Below the pieces are notes generated by a model. That model saw only the letters and a program-made list of their open reading frames with translations, was not told where the DNA came from and ran no database searches. From contig NC_058368.1 in NCBI RefSeq assembly GCF_018350175.1, forward strand, positions 1-64,000: a DNA stretch of 64,000 bases. Direction: 5' to 3'. Every line of letters starts with the position of its first letter. The stretch's first letter is position 1. Below, piece by piece: positions 53,236 to 64,000 of this stretch. The position numbers and the translations under genes are program-made. This DNA comes from Felis catus (lineage: Eukaryota).

Positions 53236-55478
53236 TGTCTGTCCGCTACACCAACCGAGATCCCTGGTTTGTGAGTTTCCAAGGCATTCCTAATCCAATG
53301 CAGGGCTCTCAGAGTCTGAAGTCCCAGAGGACAGCTACCTCCCCCCATATCCCTGCTCCCCTGGTGCTGGGCAGGCAACAGTATCATAGGAATGGGAGCC
53401 ACGTGGACCCCCTGCCCCTAATGAATGGAGCCACCCTCATTTGGAAGAACAGACAGCCTCTGAAAATACACCATGATCCATGACATGATCAGCTCACAAA
53501 AAGTCTTTTGAATAAATAGTGCACCAAGGTTCGTTCCCATCTCTTGACCATCACATGGAAGCACATCCTTCATATCGCAGAGCCACTGTTGACCCTCTCT
53601 ACCAATATGATGGGCTGAAACCCACCAGAATTCAAAGTTCTACTCTATTACTTAGTGGAGAATGTGGGCCTCTTGCTCACAGGGCTCCAAAGGGCATCCT
53701 TTGGAACATTCATATAGCCAAGGACCCCAAAAGTTCTTTTGGTTCCTGTGCTAGCCAGATTGTGAATACATTGTGTTAGACATGTTCCTCTAAACATGAA
53801 GAACCCTGGCCCTGGGTGTATCCCATTTCAGAAAATTGCTTTATCATCCATCCAGGTTCGTCTTGGGGTCCATAAAAACTGTCTTTTAGAGTACTATATC
53901 TGGCTGCAGATGTCCAATGGGGACCAGCCCTTGTGACTGTGGAACAGGTGGAGTCAGAGTCCCTGGCCTTGTGGTTTCAGGACTACATGGACATCCAGAG
54001 CCCTAGGGCATCAGAAGGGGCCCAGTTGAGTGCTGTGCATGGGGAGCCTCAGGCAGACATATAGGCCAGGAGCTGGCTCCCTTGCTGGGCCTCGGGGAAA
54101 TGAAGATAAACATCTCCATTCCACATTGATCGCATTTCCATTGGATGGAAATATTGAATGCCCTTTGGTCCTGACTGCAGCCATCTCCTCTGACTCCCTG
54201 TGTTTCTGAATGCCTCTTGATTCACCCTTAGGAGCCATGGAGCTGGCACTCAGTAGGCTGCCAGGGATGGGCATCGGTTTTCCATTCAATCCTGTGCTCA
54301 GTTATAGCCATCAGCATGGGATATCCCAAAGGAGAATACTCCTCATATCCGTGAGCTTGGTGGTTGGCTGTGTAGCAAGGAGTGGGGAGAGTGGAGCCAG
54401 ATCTCCTCCTTGCTCTGCCTGGGTGAGGTGTCTTCCTTCTGCAAAGCAGACAGTTCACACAAGAGCAGTAGGCTCCAGAAGCTGGTCAGCAGAGAAAGAG
54501 CCCTTTACAGGAAGAGGGTACCAATGCCCCTCTCCACACTTTGGGGCCACAGCTGGGGGCACTCCCAGCTAGAGCACTATCACTGCTTACTCCATTCAAT
54601 GGTGCAGAATGCAACAAAAGCTGACCAAGTCCCAGGGCTCTCTAGGTCCTTCTGAAGGAAGAAGGCATGCCTGGTGATGACAGGGCTCCCAGATGGAGAC
54701 TCTAGAGGGTGTTTTTGCCTAAGCCCTCTGGTGTTCTTCTTCTTAGAGCCTGGTTGCCAGGAACAGGGCCTGGGCATTCCCATCTCCATCGAATTCATCT
54801 TCCAAGCTCTGAAGAACTCTGGCCCTCCTTATTCACCTTGACACATCTTTGATCTCTTGTAGAAACATGGTTCTTCCCGCAATCCATTCAGAATCAGTGT
54901 CTTAAGAGTCCTATTCTCTGCCTTCCACCTGGGAGTGTGGTGCAGTTCTTGTGACTGGGGGTGAGATTTTGTCACAGGGCTCCTTCGTCAAAATTCATTT
55001 GGTTTCACAAACACGAGGCCATTCTGAGGCTGAGGGAATTTGAAGGGGTCCAGCAGAGGATGTTTGGTGTATAAGCTGGGCCCGAGATTTTGGCAGGGTG
55101 CTGGCCTCCTTCTGGGCCGAGGGCAAATGAAGCAAGCCATCTTCTGTCCAAGTGAATCCCCATTCCCACTAGACATGCCGAGTTTTAGCCCACCTGGCAC
55201 CCATTTCTTCCCCCTTGCTGTGTGTCTGAAAATGTATTTTGTTTTCTCCCCCTAGGAGCTTTGGAGTCATCACCAACTCAGCTGGCACCCTGCCTAGGCC
55301 ACAGTCTCCCACTCTGCTCCTGTGCTCAGTTAGAGCTATCAGGATCTGCTCTACCAAAGGAAAGAAGGCCTTTGGTCCATGCATACGTGGTGCTTGGCCT
55401 GCTGTGCTATGGAGGGTAAAGAAGAGCCATCTTGCCTCACTGACCTGGATGACTGAGGTGCCTTCATTCTGAGAAGCA
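53236..55478. repeat. Duplicated segment, copy 1 (unknown origin)
   Basis: Colinear with 56281-59318 from tgtctgtc..ctacaccaaccgag to gactgaggtgccttcattctgagaagca. Confidence 0.92.
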
Positions 55479-56686
55479 CACAGTTTGCACATGGGCAGTA
55501 AGAACGAGGAGGGGGTCAGCATTGCAAGACCCCTTGCCAGGAATGAGGGAACCAAGTCCTTGTAGCATATTCTTGAGCAAGAGCCCTCAGAATCCAATAG
55601 CTACAGCTCAAACGCTGCTGCCTCTCTCAACTGATGGGAAAAATAGCATGGATAGACCAAGCCAGAAATCACTGCTTTCTAAAGAAAGAAGGCAGGCTTC
55701 TTGCTGACCGGGCTCCCAGGCGTAGTCTTCAGAGGGCCCCCTTGGCCTAGGCCCACAGGACTTTCTTATTATGGATACAACCTGGTTGAGAGGAGACTGC
55801 ACTGGGTACTTCATTCTCAACTTTCTCCAAATCTCATGTGTGGTGAAAACTCTGGCAGTGTGTCTCCGTTGCCACTCCTAAGCTTTTTGGATGAAAGAGG
55901 GTTTGCATGGACACTAATGTGGGATGGTGTCTCAGAGTAATATCCTTGGGGATATAGCTTGGGGTTTGGTGGTGTGCCTGTGATGGTGATAAAGGTATTG
56001 CATTGGGTCCTTCTCAATTTGGTTTCAGAATGATGTGGCCCTCCCCATACCCAGGTTGTGTGAAGGTGCCCTGGGAGAATGCTCATGGGTAGTCAAAGCC
56101 CATGGTTGGGGGTGGATGCTGCTTTCTGTGTGGGACAAGGGGAAGGGAAGGTCATGGTCTCTTTCCTCGGTTTCCCCTGTGCCCATTTGAATGCACAGCT
56201 TTGACTCACCTTGTAATCATTCCTCTTCCATTGCTGCTTGCCTAACTTGGTCTCAGTTCACATACAGTTACTCTACCCTTTGTCTGTCACCTACACCAAC
56301 CGAGGTCCCCAGTTTAAGGGGGGAGCTTCCAAGCCTTTTCTGACCCAATACAGGCCTCCCAGAGGTGATTTCCTAGAGGATAGCTGCCCCCCTGTCCCTG
56401 AGCCGCTGTTGGTGGTCACGCTACAGTATCATGCAAATGGGCAGCCACATGGACCCTTGCCCCTAATGGAGGGAGCTAGCTTCAATCGAAAGAACAGTTT
56501 GTGCAGATGCACCATGATCCTGGACATGATCAACGCACAAAAATGCTTTGGAATAAATAGAGTACCAAGGCCTCATTCCCACAGTCTGATCATTGAAAGG
56601 CCTGAGAAAATTGAAACTTAAAAGCTTAAGTTACGGGAAACTGAAACCTAACCAAGCTTAACCAGCTTGTTCCACTTCTGTACAAT

Positions 56687-56835
56687 TGCTTGGCGCGCCC
56701 ATGTATTCCTGATCAATCATTATTGCCTGGCACATCCGTATATTCTTGATCAACCATTGTTACTTGGCACATCCGTGTACTCCTGATCAATCATTGTTGC
56801 TTGGCACATCCGTGTATTCCTGATCAATCATTGTG
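56687..56835 (+). promoter_or_regulatory. Four ~37-bp direct repeats in the LTR U3 (enhancer-like)
   Basis: Unit ttgcttggcacatccgtgtattcctgatcaatcattg repeated 4 times with few substitutions. The enhancer role is inferred from position. Confidence 0.75.
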
Positions 56836-56874
56836 ATACCCGTACCCCTGGTTGTGGTCTGACCTAAAGGCAGG

Positions 56875-56984
56875 AACCAATCGAATACTGTTAAGTGTCC
56901 AACTTTAAACACCAACCAATCGCAGCTCTGTAACTGTGGAAAATTCCTGATTTCCCCATGACTTGTTTGTACCTGTCTATAAAA
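56875..56984 (+). promoter_or_regulatory. LTR promoter: two CCAAT boxes and a TATAAAA box
   Basis: aaccaatcg at ~56875 and ~56914; TATAAAA at 56978-56984. Confidence 0.75.
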
Positions 56985-57247
56985 GGGGTGTAAAAACCTC
57001 TCTCAGGGCCTCTTGGCGTCACTGGCAACGGGGGCGCAGAGGTCCAGGTTCGAACCTGCAATAAATGACCCTTGCTGCTTAGCTTTGACTCTGGACTCTG
57101 GTGGTTCATTTTTGGGGGTTTCTTAGACTCTGGGCATTTCATCATCACATGGAAGCACATTCTTCATATGTCACAGCCACTGTTGCCCCTCTCTACTAAT
57201 ATGATGGGCAGACGCACACCAGAAGCCAAAGTTCCCCTCTATTTCCT

Positions 57248-57470
57248 TCTTTAAAAACTTTTTGTACATTTATTTATTTTTCATAGAGTGAAAGAAAGAA
57301 CAAGCAGGGGAGGGGCAGAGAGAGAAGGAGACACAAAATCCGAAGCAGGCTCCAGGCTCAGAGCAAGCATTCAGCACAGAGCCCGACACGGGCCTTGAAG
57401 CCACAAACTGCGCGATCAGGACCTGAGCCAAAATCGGTTACCCAAGCGACTGAGCCACCCAGGTGCCAGC
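57248..57470 (-). mobile_element. Feline-type Can-SINE
   Basis: Reverse-orientation T tail, (GA) tract, ...gcaggctccaggctc...gactgagccacccaggtgcc; TSD core cccctctat at 57234 and 57471. Confidence 0.92.
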
Positions 57471-59684
57471 CCCCTCTATGTCTTAAGGGAGAATGTGGGC
57501 TTCTTGCTCACAGGGCTCCAAAGGGCATCCTGTGGAGAAATCCTGTAGCCAAAGGTCCCAAAGATTCTTGTGATTCCTGACCAAGGCACATTACGAATTC
57601 ATTGTGCTGGTCAGGTTCTTCTGAACATGAAGAACTCTGGCCGTCAGTGCATCCACTTTCATGATTTTGCTTTATCATCGATCAAGATTCATCTTTGGGT
57701 CCACAAAAACCCAGTCCTTCAGAGTACTATATCCGGCTGGAGATGTCCAATGGGGCCTGCCCTTATGACTTTGGGACAGGTGAAGCCAAAGGGTTCCTGG
57801 CCTTTTGGTTTCAAGGCTACATGGACATCCAGAGCACTAGGGCTTTTGAAGGAGTCCAATCAGTATCTGTTTGTGTGGAGGCTGGGCCAGACATATTAGC
57901 AGGAAGCTGGTGCCTTTGGTGGTCCTAGGGGAAATGAAGATAAACATCTCCATTCCACATGATTGCATTCACATTTGATGGAAACATTGAATGCCCTTAG
58001 GGTCTGGATGCAGCCATATCCTCTCCCTTAGTTTCTGTGTTTCTGGCTGCCTCTTCATTCACTCTTAGGAGCCTTGGAGTTGGCATTCACTAAGAAGGCA
58101 CCCAGGGACAGGTATCGGCTTCCCACTAGGTCCCATGCTCAGTACCAGCCATGAGCATCAGATATTGCAAAGGAGAATAGCCCCCCTATCCCTGAGCTTG
58201 GTGCTTGGCTGTTTGCAGCCAGGGTCAGGGGGGAGGGGAACCAGCTCACCTCCTTGATCTGCCTGATTGAGATGCCTTCCTTCTGAAAAGCAGACAGTTC
58301 ACACGGGAAGAGTAAGCGTCAGAAGCTTGTCAACACAGAAAGAGCTTTGTACTGAAGAGGCACCAATGCCCCTCCGCACACTTTGGAGCCACAGCACCGG
58401 GAACCCCCAAGCTACCACACTGTCACTGTTTATTACCTCCAATTATGGGGAAATCAACAAAAGCAAACCAAGTCCCAGGGTTCTATAGGTCCTTCTGAAG
58501 GAAGAAAGCAGTCCAGTCCTGTTTCTGACAGAGCTCCCAGAAGGAGACCCTAGAGGGCACTTTTGCCTAGGCCCTTTGTTGTTTCTTGTTCTCCTCACAG
58601 CCAGCCAGGTTGCCAGGAGTTGGTGTTAGGCACTCCCTTCTCCATAGAATTCCCCTTCCAAGCTCTGAAGATCTCTGAACCTCCTTATCCATCTTGACAC
58701 ATCTTTGCTCTCTTGTAGAAACAAGGACCTTCCCGCAACCCATTCAGAATCAGTGTCTCAAGAGTCTATCCTCTGTCTTCCACGTGGGAGTCTGATCCAG
58801 TACTTGTGACTGAGGGAGAGACCTTGCCACAGGGCTACTTCTTCATTAATTCACTGGGTTTCAGAGGTATGCAGCCATTCAGAGCTCAGGGATTAGAAGG
58901 GGACCGGCGGAGATTGTGTGGTGTTTAGGCTAGGCCAGAGATATGGGCAGAGAGCAGGCCTCCTTCTGGGAAGAGGCAAATGAAGAAAGCCATCTTTCCA
59001 AATGGATCACCATTCCCACCATAAATGTCGAGCTTTGGCCCACCTGGCGCCCATTTCCTTTCCCTTGCTCTGTGTGACATATTTTTTTTCTCCCTTAGGC
59101 TCCACAGAGCCATCACTCAGCTGGCAAACCTGGTTAGGCCACAATCTCCCACTCTGCTCCTGTGCTCAGTGAGAGCTGTCAGGCTCTGCTCTACCAAAGT
59201 AAAGAGGGCCTTGAGTCCCTGGGTGCTTGATGCTTGGCCTGCTGTGCTATGGAGGGTGAAGGGGAGCCAGCTTGCCTCACTGACCTGGATGACTGAGGTG
59301 CCTTCATTCTGAGAAGCAGAACCCCTTAAAACACCATAGTCTTCTCTTACATCAAATTCAAAGACATTAAGCTACAAGTGTGGGGAAACTTAATGTGTAG
59401 CAGCCTATGGAAAAAGCTGCATGCATAATTCATTGAACCTACAGTGGGAATGAACTATATCCCAAGTAACATCTTGTTTCATTGAGATATACATTTTTGC
59501 AAACATATGAGTACAAGCATATGGAAAGAGTCATATGCTTAACTCCTTGGCACTACACCATGCATAAACGGTCATTTAAGTAACATGTTGTCTTCAAGAT
59601 ATATGTGTTTATAAAGGTACATGTGGAAGCATATGGGGATAGCCATGTGCTTAACTCTGAAACTGTGTGTGTAATGCATTTTTC

Positions 59685-59902
59685 TTTTAAAAAAAATTTT
59701 TAACGTTAATTTATTTCTGAGACAGAGAGAGACAGAGCATGAATGGGGGAGGGTCAGAAAGAGGGAGACACAGAATCTGAAACAGGCTCCAGGCTCCGAG
59801 CTGTCAGCACAGAGACTGATGCAGGACTCAAACTCATGGACCGCGAGATCATGACCTGAGCTGAAGTTGGCCACTTAACCGACTGAGCCATCCAGGCGTC
59901 CC
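59685..59902 (-). mobile_element. Feline-type Can-SINE (SINEC_Fc-like)
   Basis: Full reverse SINE ending gactgagccatccaggcgtccc; perfect 15-bp TSD tgtaatgcatttttc (59670-59684, 59903-59917). Confidence 0.96.
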
Positions 59903-61222
59903 TGTAATGCATTTTTCAATTACCCTCTTCTATCATTAAGTTGCAAGTGTTTGTAAATGTATGTATAGTAGCATATTGGAATAACTTTGTACTGAACTCA
60001 ATGAAACTACACTGGATGTAATGGATCCTCGAAATAATATCTTTTCTCATTTACAAAAAAAATTTTGTAAATGTATATGTAGAGGCATATAGGAATAGAA
60101 CTTTTCTTAATTCATGAAATTTCTGTGTATAAGGCATTTTTCAAGTAACATCTTCTTTTAGTGAGATATATATGTGTTTGTAGCATTATGGGAAGAAGCA
60201 TATGAGAATAGCCATATGCTTAACTCTTTGACACTATGCTGAGTATTTTGAGTCCTTCAACTAGCATCTGCTTTCATTTAGATATAAGTGTTGTGAAACA
60301 TGTGACAAGTACATAGGAATAGCTATATGCTTAACTCATTGCAGCTAAACTGTGTATAAACCATCGTTAAGTAACATATCCTTTCATTAAGATGTAAGTG
60401 TATGTAAAGTTATGTGCAGAAGCATATGGGAATACCCCGATGCTGAACTCTGAAACTACACTGTTTGTAAACTGTAATTCAACTAACCTCTTCTTTCATT
60501 ATGATACAGGTGTTTATAAAGTTGTGCATGGAAGCTTATGGGAATAGCCATATGCTTAACTCAATTTACACTGGGTATGAAGACTCCTTTAGAAGACAGC
60601 TGCTTTCATTCAGATACAAGTGTTTGGAAGCATATGGAAACATATGCTTAACTCTAAAACTACACTGGTTATAATGCATCCTTCAACTAACATATTTCAT
60701 TCAGATATAAGTGTTGGGAAATACATGGAAATGAGTATATTGGAATAGCTATATGCTTAACTCATTGAAATTACACTACCTATAAACTGTCATTCAAATA
60801 ACATCTCCTTTCATTAATATAGAAGTGTATGTAAAGTTATGTGTAGAAGCATATGGGAATACCCCTATTCTGAATTCTCTGAAACTATATGGGATGTAAA
60901 CTGTCATTTAAGTAATATCTTCTTTCATTAAGATATAAGTGTTTGTAAAGTTGTGTGTGGAAGCATATGGGAATAGTCATATGCCTAACTCATTGAAACT
61001 ACACTATGTGTAAACCATCTTTCAATTAACTTCTTCTTTCATTTAGATATGTGTATCATATCTATGTATTTCATAAGGTATGTGTAGAAGCATATTTGAA
61101 TAGCCTTGTGCTTAACTCGATAAACTTACATTATGTATAAACCTTTTTTCAAGTAACATCTTCTTTCATATAAGTGTATGTAAACTTGAGTGTAGAAGCA
61201 AATGGAAATAACTGTAGGCTTA

Positions 61223-61296
61223 TAGCAGCATTAACAATTGCCAAATTGTGGAAAGTACCCAAATGTACATTGACTGATAAATGGATAAAGATGTGG

Positions 61297-61344
<48 letters not shown>

Positions 61345-61745
61345 ATGGAATATTATTCAGCCATAAAAAAGAATGAAATTTTGCCATTTGCAATGACCTG
61401 TTTGGAGCTAGAGTGTTTGCTAAGTGAAATAAGTCAGTTGGAGAAAGACAAATACCATATGATTTCATTCATATGTGGAATTTACAAAATGAAACATATG
61501 AACATGGGAAAAAATAGAGACCAACCATAAAACAACTCTTAACCATGGAGAACGAACTGAGGGTTGCTGGAGGAGAGGTAAGTGAGGGGATGGGTCAAAT
61601 TTGTGATGGATATTAAGAAGAGTACTTGTTGTGATGAGCATTGGGTGTTACATGTAAATGCATCAGTAAATTCTACTCCTGAAATTAATATTACAGTATA
61701 TTTTGGCTAACTGGAATTTAAACAAAAACTTGAAAATACAATAAA
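61223..61745 (+). mobile_element. L1 3'-end fragment inserted in satellite B, with internal (CA)n at ~61300-61343
   Basis: L1 3' text (atggaatattattcagccataaaaaagaatgaa); imperfect TSD aaataactgtaggctta (61206) / aaatagctctatgctta (61746). Confidence 0.9.
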
Positions 61746-61942
61746 AAATAGCTCTATGCTTAACTCATTAAAGTACACAGTGTATAAACATTATTTCAAG
61801 TTACATGTTCCTTCATTTACGTATGTGTTTGTAAAAGTATGTATTGATGTATATATGACTCGAAGTATGCTTCACTCATTGTCACTACACTGTGTATAAT
61901 GTGTCCTTCACTTTACATCTTTTATTCAGATACAAGTTTTTA

Positions 61943-62138
61943 ATTTTTTATTCATTATTTTTGAGAGAGAGAAAGCACGTGAATGGGAAAGGGGCAGAGA
62001 GTAGAAGTAGGAGAGGATCTGAAGCGGGCTCTGTGCTGACAGCAGAAAGCCCAATGTGGGGCTCAAACTCATGAATAGTGAGATCATGACCTGAGCCAAA
62101 GTTGGACGCTTAACTGACTGAGCCATTCAGGTGCTCCC
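61943..62138 (-). mobile_element. Can-SINE
   Basis: Reverse SINE ending gactgagccattcaggtgctccc; TSD atacaagttttta (61930-61942, 62141-62153). Confidence 0.94.
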
Positions 62139-63066
62139 ATATACAAGTTTTTAGAAACTTATGAGTAGAATCCTATGAGTGTAGCCATATGCTTAACCTA
62201 TTGAAACTACACTGTATATAATGCATCCTCAACTAATAACTTTCATTAAGGTATAAATGTTTGTAATCCTATGTTATAATCACATGGGACTCTCTGTATT
62301 CTTCATCTATTGACACTACCCTGTGTATAAACCATTGTTCAAGTAATGTCTTCTTTCACTTAGGTATATGTTTTGTAAAGGTATGTGTATAAGCACATGG
62401 GTATAGTCCTGTGCTTATCTCATTGAAATATTTCTGTATGTAAACCATATTTTCACTCATTGAAAGTACACTATGTATAAACCTTCTTAAAAGTGACAGC
62501 TTCTTTTATTAAAATAAAAGTGCTTTAAAACTTATACGGAGCTCCCTATGGGAAGGCTGCATACTTAAGTCATTGAACATACAGTGTACATGAACAGCTT
62601 TCCAAATAACAACACTTTCATTAGGATATAAGTTTTTGTAGACATATGGATATAAGCATATGGGAGTAGACACATGCCTAACTCATTGAAACTATACTGT
62701 GTATAAACCTTCTTTCAGTTAACATCTTCTTTTATTAAGATATGTGTTTGAAAACATGCATAGAACCCTGTGATCACTCTTTGAAACTACACTGTGCATA
62801 AGCTTTCAAGCAACATCTCCTTTCATTAAGGTATAAGTGTTTGTAAAGTGATGTATAGAAGCATATGGGAAAAACCATACTTTAACACATTGACACTACA
62901 TTGTGTACAAAGGGTTTTTTCAAACAACATCTTCTTTCATTAAACATCAGTGTTTGTAAATTTATGTGTACGAACATGTGGGTATGGGTGTATACTTCAT
63001 TCACTGAAACTACACTGTGTGTAAATTGTCCTTTAAGTAAAATCTTTCATTAAGGTATATATGTTT

Positions 63067-64000
63067 GGAGATGGAAGATGGTGGCGTAGGAGGACTCTGG
63101 GCTCACTTTGTCCTGCTGATCACTTAGATTCCACCCACATCTGCCTAAATACCAGAAAGCCACCAGAAGACTAGCAGAACAGACTCCGGAGCCAAGTGTA
63201 GACAAGAGGCCCAGAGAAGAGGGTAAGAAGGGCAGAGAGGCGGTGCGTGCTACACGGACTGGCAGGAGGGAGCTGGGGCGGTGGAGGGGCAGCCCTTACC
63301 ACAGGCAGAGCCCCTGAAGTCTGGCTTGCAAAAATGGAGGGGCCGGACTACGTGAGTTCTGACAGCCAGCAGGACTTAACATCTGGAATGTTAAAAGTCA
63401 ACAGCTCTGCTTGGAGAGCAGGAGGGCGAGAGGACACCAGGAGGGAGAGTTGGTGAGCCCCAGAAGACAGAAGTCAGCTTGGGGTAGGGGGAACAAAGGT
63501 GCTAGCAAGCACCATCTCCCTCTCCCATCCCCCAGTCAAAATCCCAAAGGGAACCAGTTCCCCTCACCGAACTTGCTTGCACAATGCAAACACCCAACAC
63601 TGTGCTTCTGTGGATCCATCCCTCCGACGGGTCTACCTTCCTCCTGGTGCTGCAGGGCCCCTCCTGCAGGGGACCACTGTCAGCAAAGAGAGCTAAGCCT
63701 GCCCTTCCTGCCCCTATATACCTTGTGGATCCACCCCAGCTAATACGCAAGATCCCATCAAAGCAGGACCACAAGCCTGGCAGTGTGCAAGTAGCCCAGA
63801 CAGGGGCCACACCAATCCACAGTGAGTCCTGCCCCTGAGACAGGGGAAGATAAGGTACACACCAGTCTGACTGTGGCCCAAGCAGTGGGCTGGAGACAGA
63901 CATTGGGTCTGACTGTGGCCCCATCCACCAACACAAGTTACTCCAGACAGCACAGGGGAAGTGTCCTGCAGTTTGGAGCCACCCCAGGGACTACCCAAAA
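63067..64000 (+). mobile_element. 5'UTR of a feline-type L1 (probably 5'-intact), continuing beyond the window
   Basis: Abrupt switch from AT-rich satellite to GC-rich sequence starting ggagatggaagatggtggcgtaggaggac...gatcacttagattccacc, recognised as a feline L1 5' end with a YY1-like aagatgg motif. Confidence 0.8.

Larger units (their letters stand above)
56594..57141 (+). mobile_element. Solo LTR, ERV1/gammaretrovirus-like, 548 bp
   Basis: TGAAA...TTTCA inverted termini; 4-bp TSD tcat (56590-56593 and 57142-57145); the empty site is visible in copy 1 (gaccatcacatgg at ~53547); CCAAT boxes, TATA box, AATAAA at 57060. Confidence 0.92.
56281..59318. repeat. Duplicated segment, copy 2 (carries LTR and SINE insertions absent from copy 1)
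   Basis: The offset to copy 1 is 3045 bp at the start and 3840 bp at the end; the LTR and SINE account for the difference. Confidence 0.92.
59330..63066. repeat. ~114-bp satellite array B (AT-richer relative of array A), interrupted by two SINEs and an L1 fragment
   Basis: By-eye consensus: tttgtaaagttatgtgtagaagcatatgggaatagccatatgcttaactcattgaaactacactgtgtataaaccatctttcaagtaacatcttctttcattaagatataagtg, recurring every ~110-115 bp. Confidence 0.92.

Noticed and set aside
53166..59312. Named protein-coding gene (e.g. DUXC or SPATA31-like) in the duplicated segment
   Set aside because: No homeodomain or other recognisable motif in the frames I translated; ORFs are short and interrupted differently in the two copies.

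Overview
Mammalian chromosome-end window, most likely from a felid (inferred from FA-SAT-like satellite, feline-type Can-SINEs and L1s). No intact protein-coding gene is supported. The first 35.4 kb is telomeric with an unusual layout: at least 18.8 kb of (TTAGGG)n, then about 3.5 kb of (TTAAAG)n drifting to TTAAAT/TTTAAA, then about 13 kb of (CCCTAA)n. This is a head-to-head, fusion-like arrangement and may be a long-read or assembly artefact. The C-rich array ends in a variant-repeat zone that runs in register into about 2.3 copies of a ~480-bp FA-SAT-like satellite. The subtelomere (36.5-64 kb) contains seven plus-strand L1 pieces, six Can-SINEs and a solo ERV1-type LTR. It also has two diverged arrays of one ~113-bp satellite family with traces of 4-mer higher-order duplication, and an old duplicated ~2.2-3 kb segment of unknown identity. 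All element names come from recognising the sequence by eye, not from database searches.
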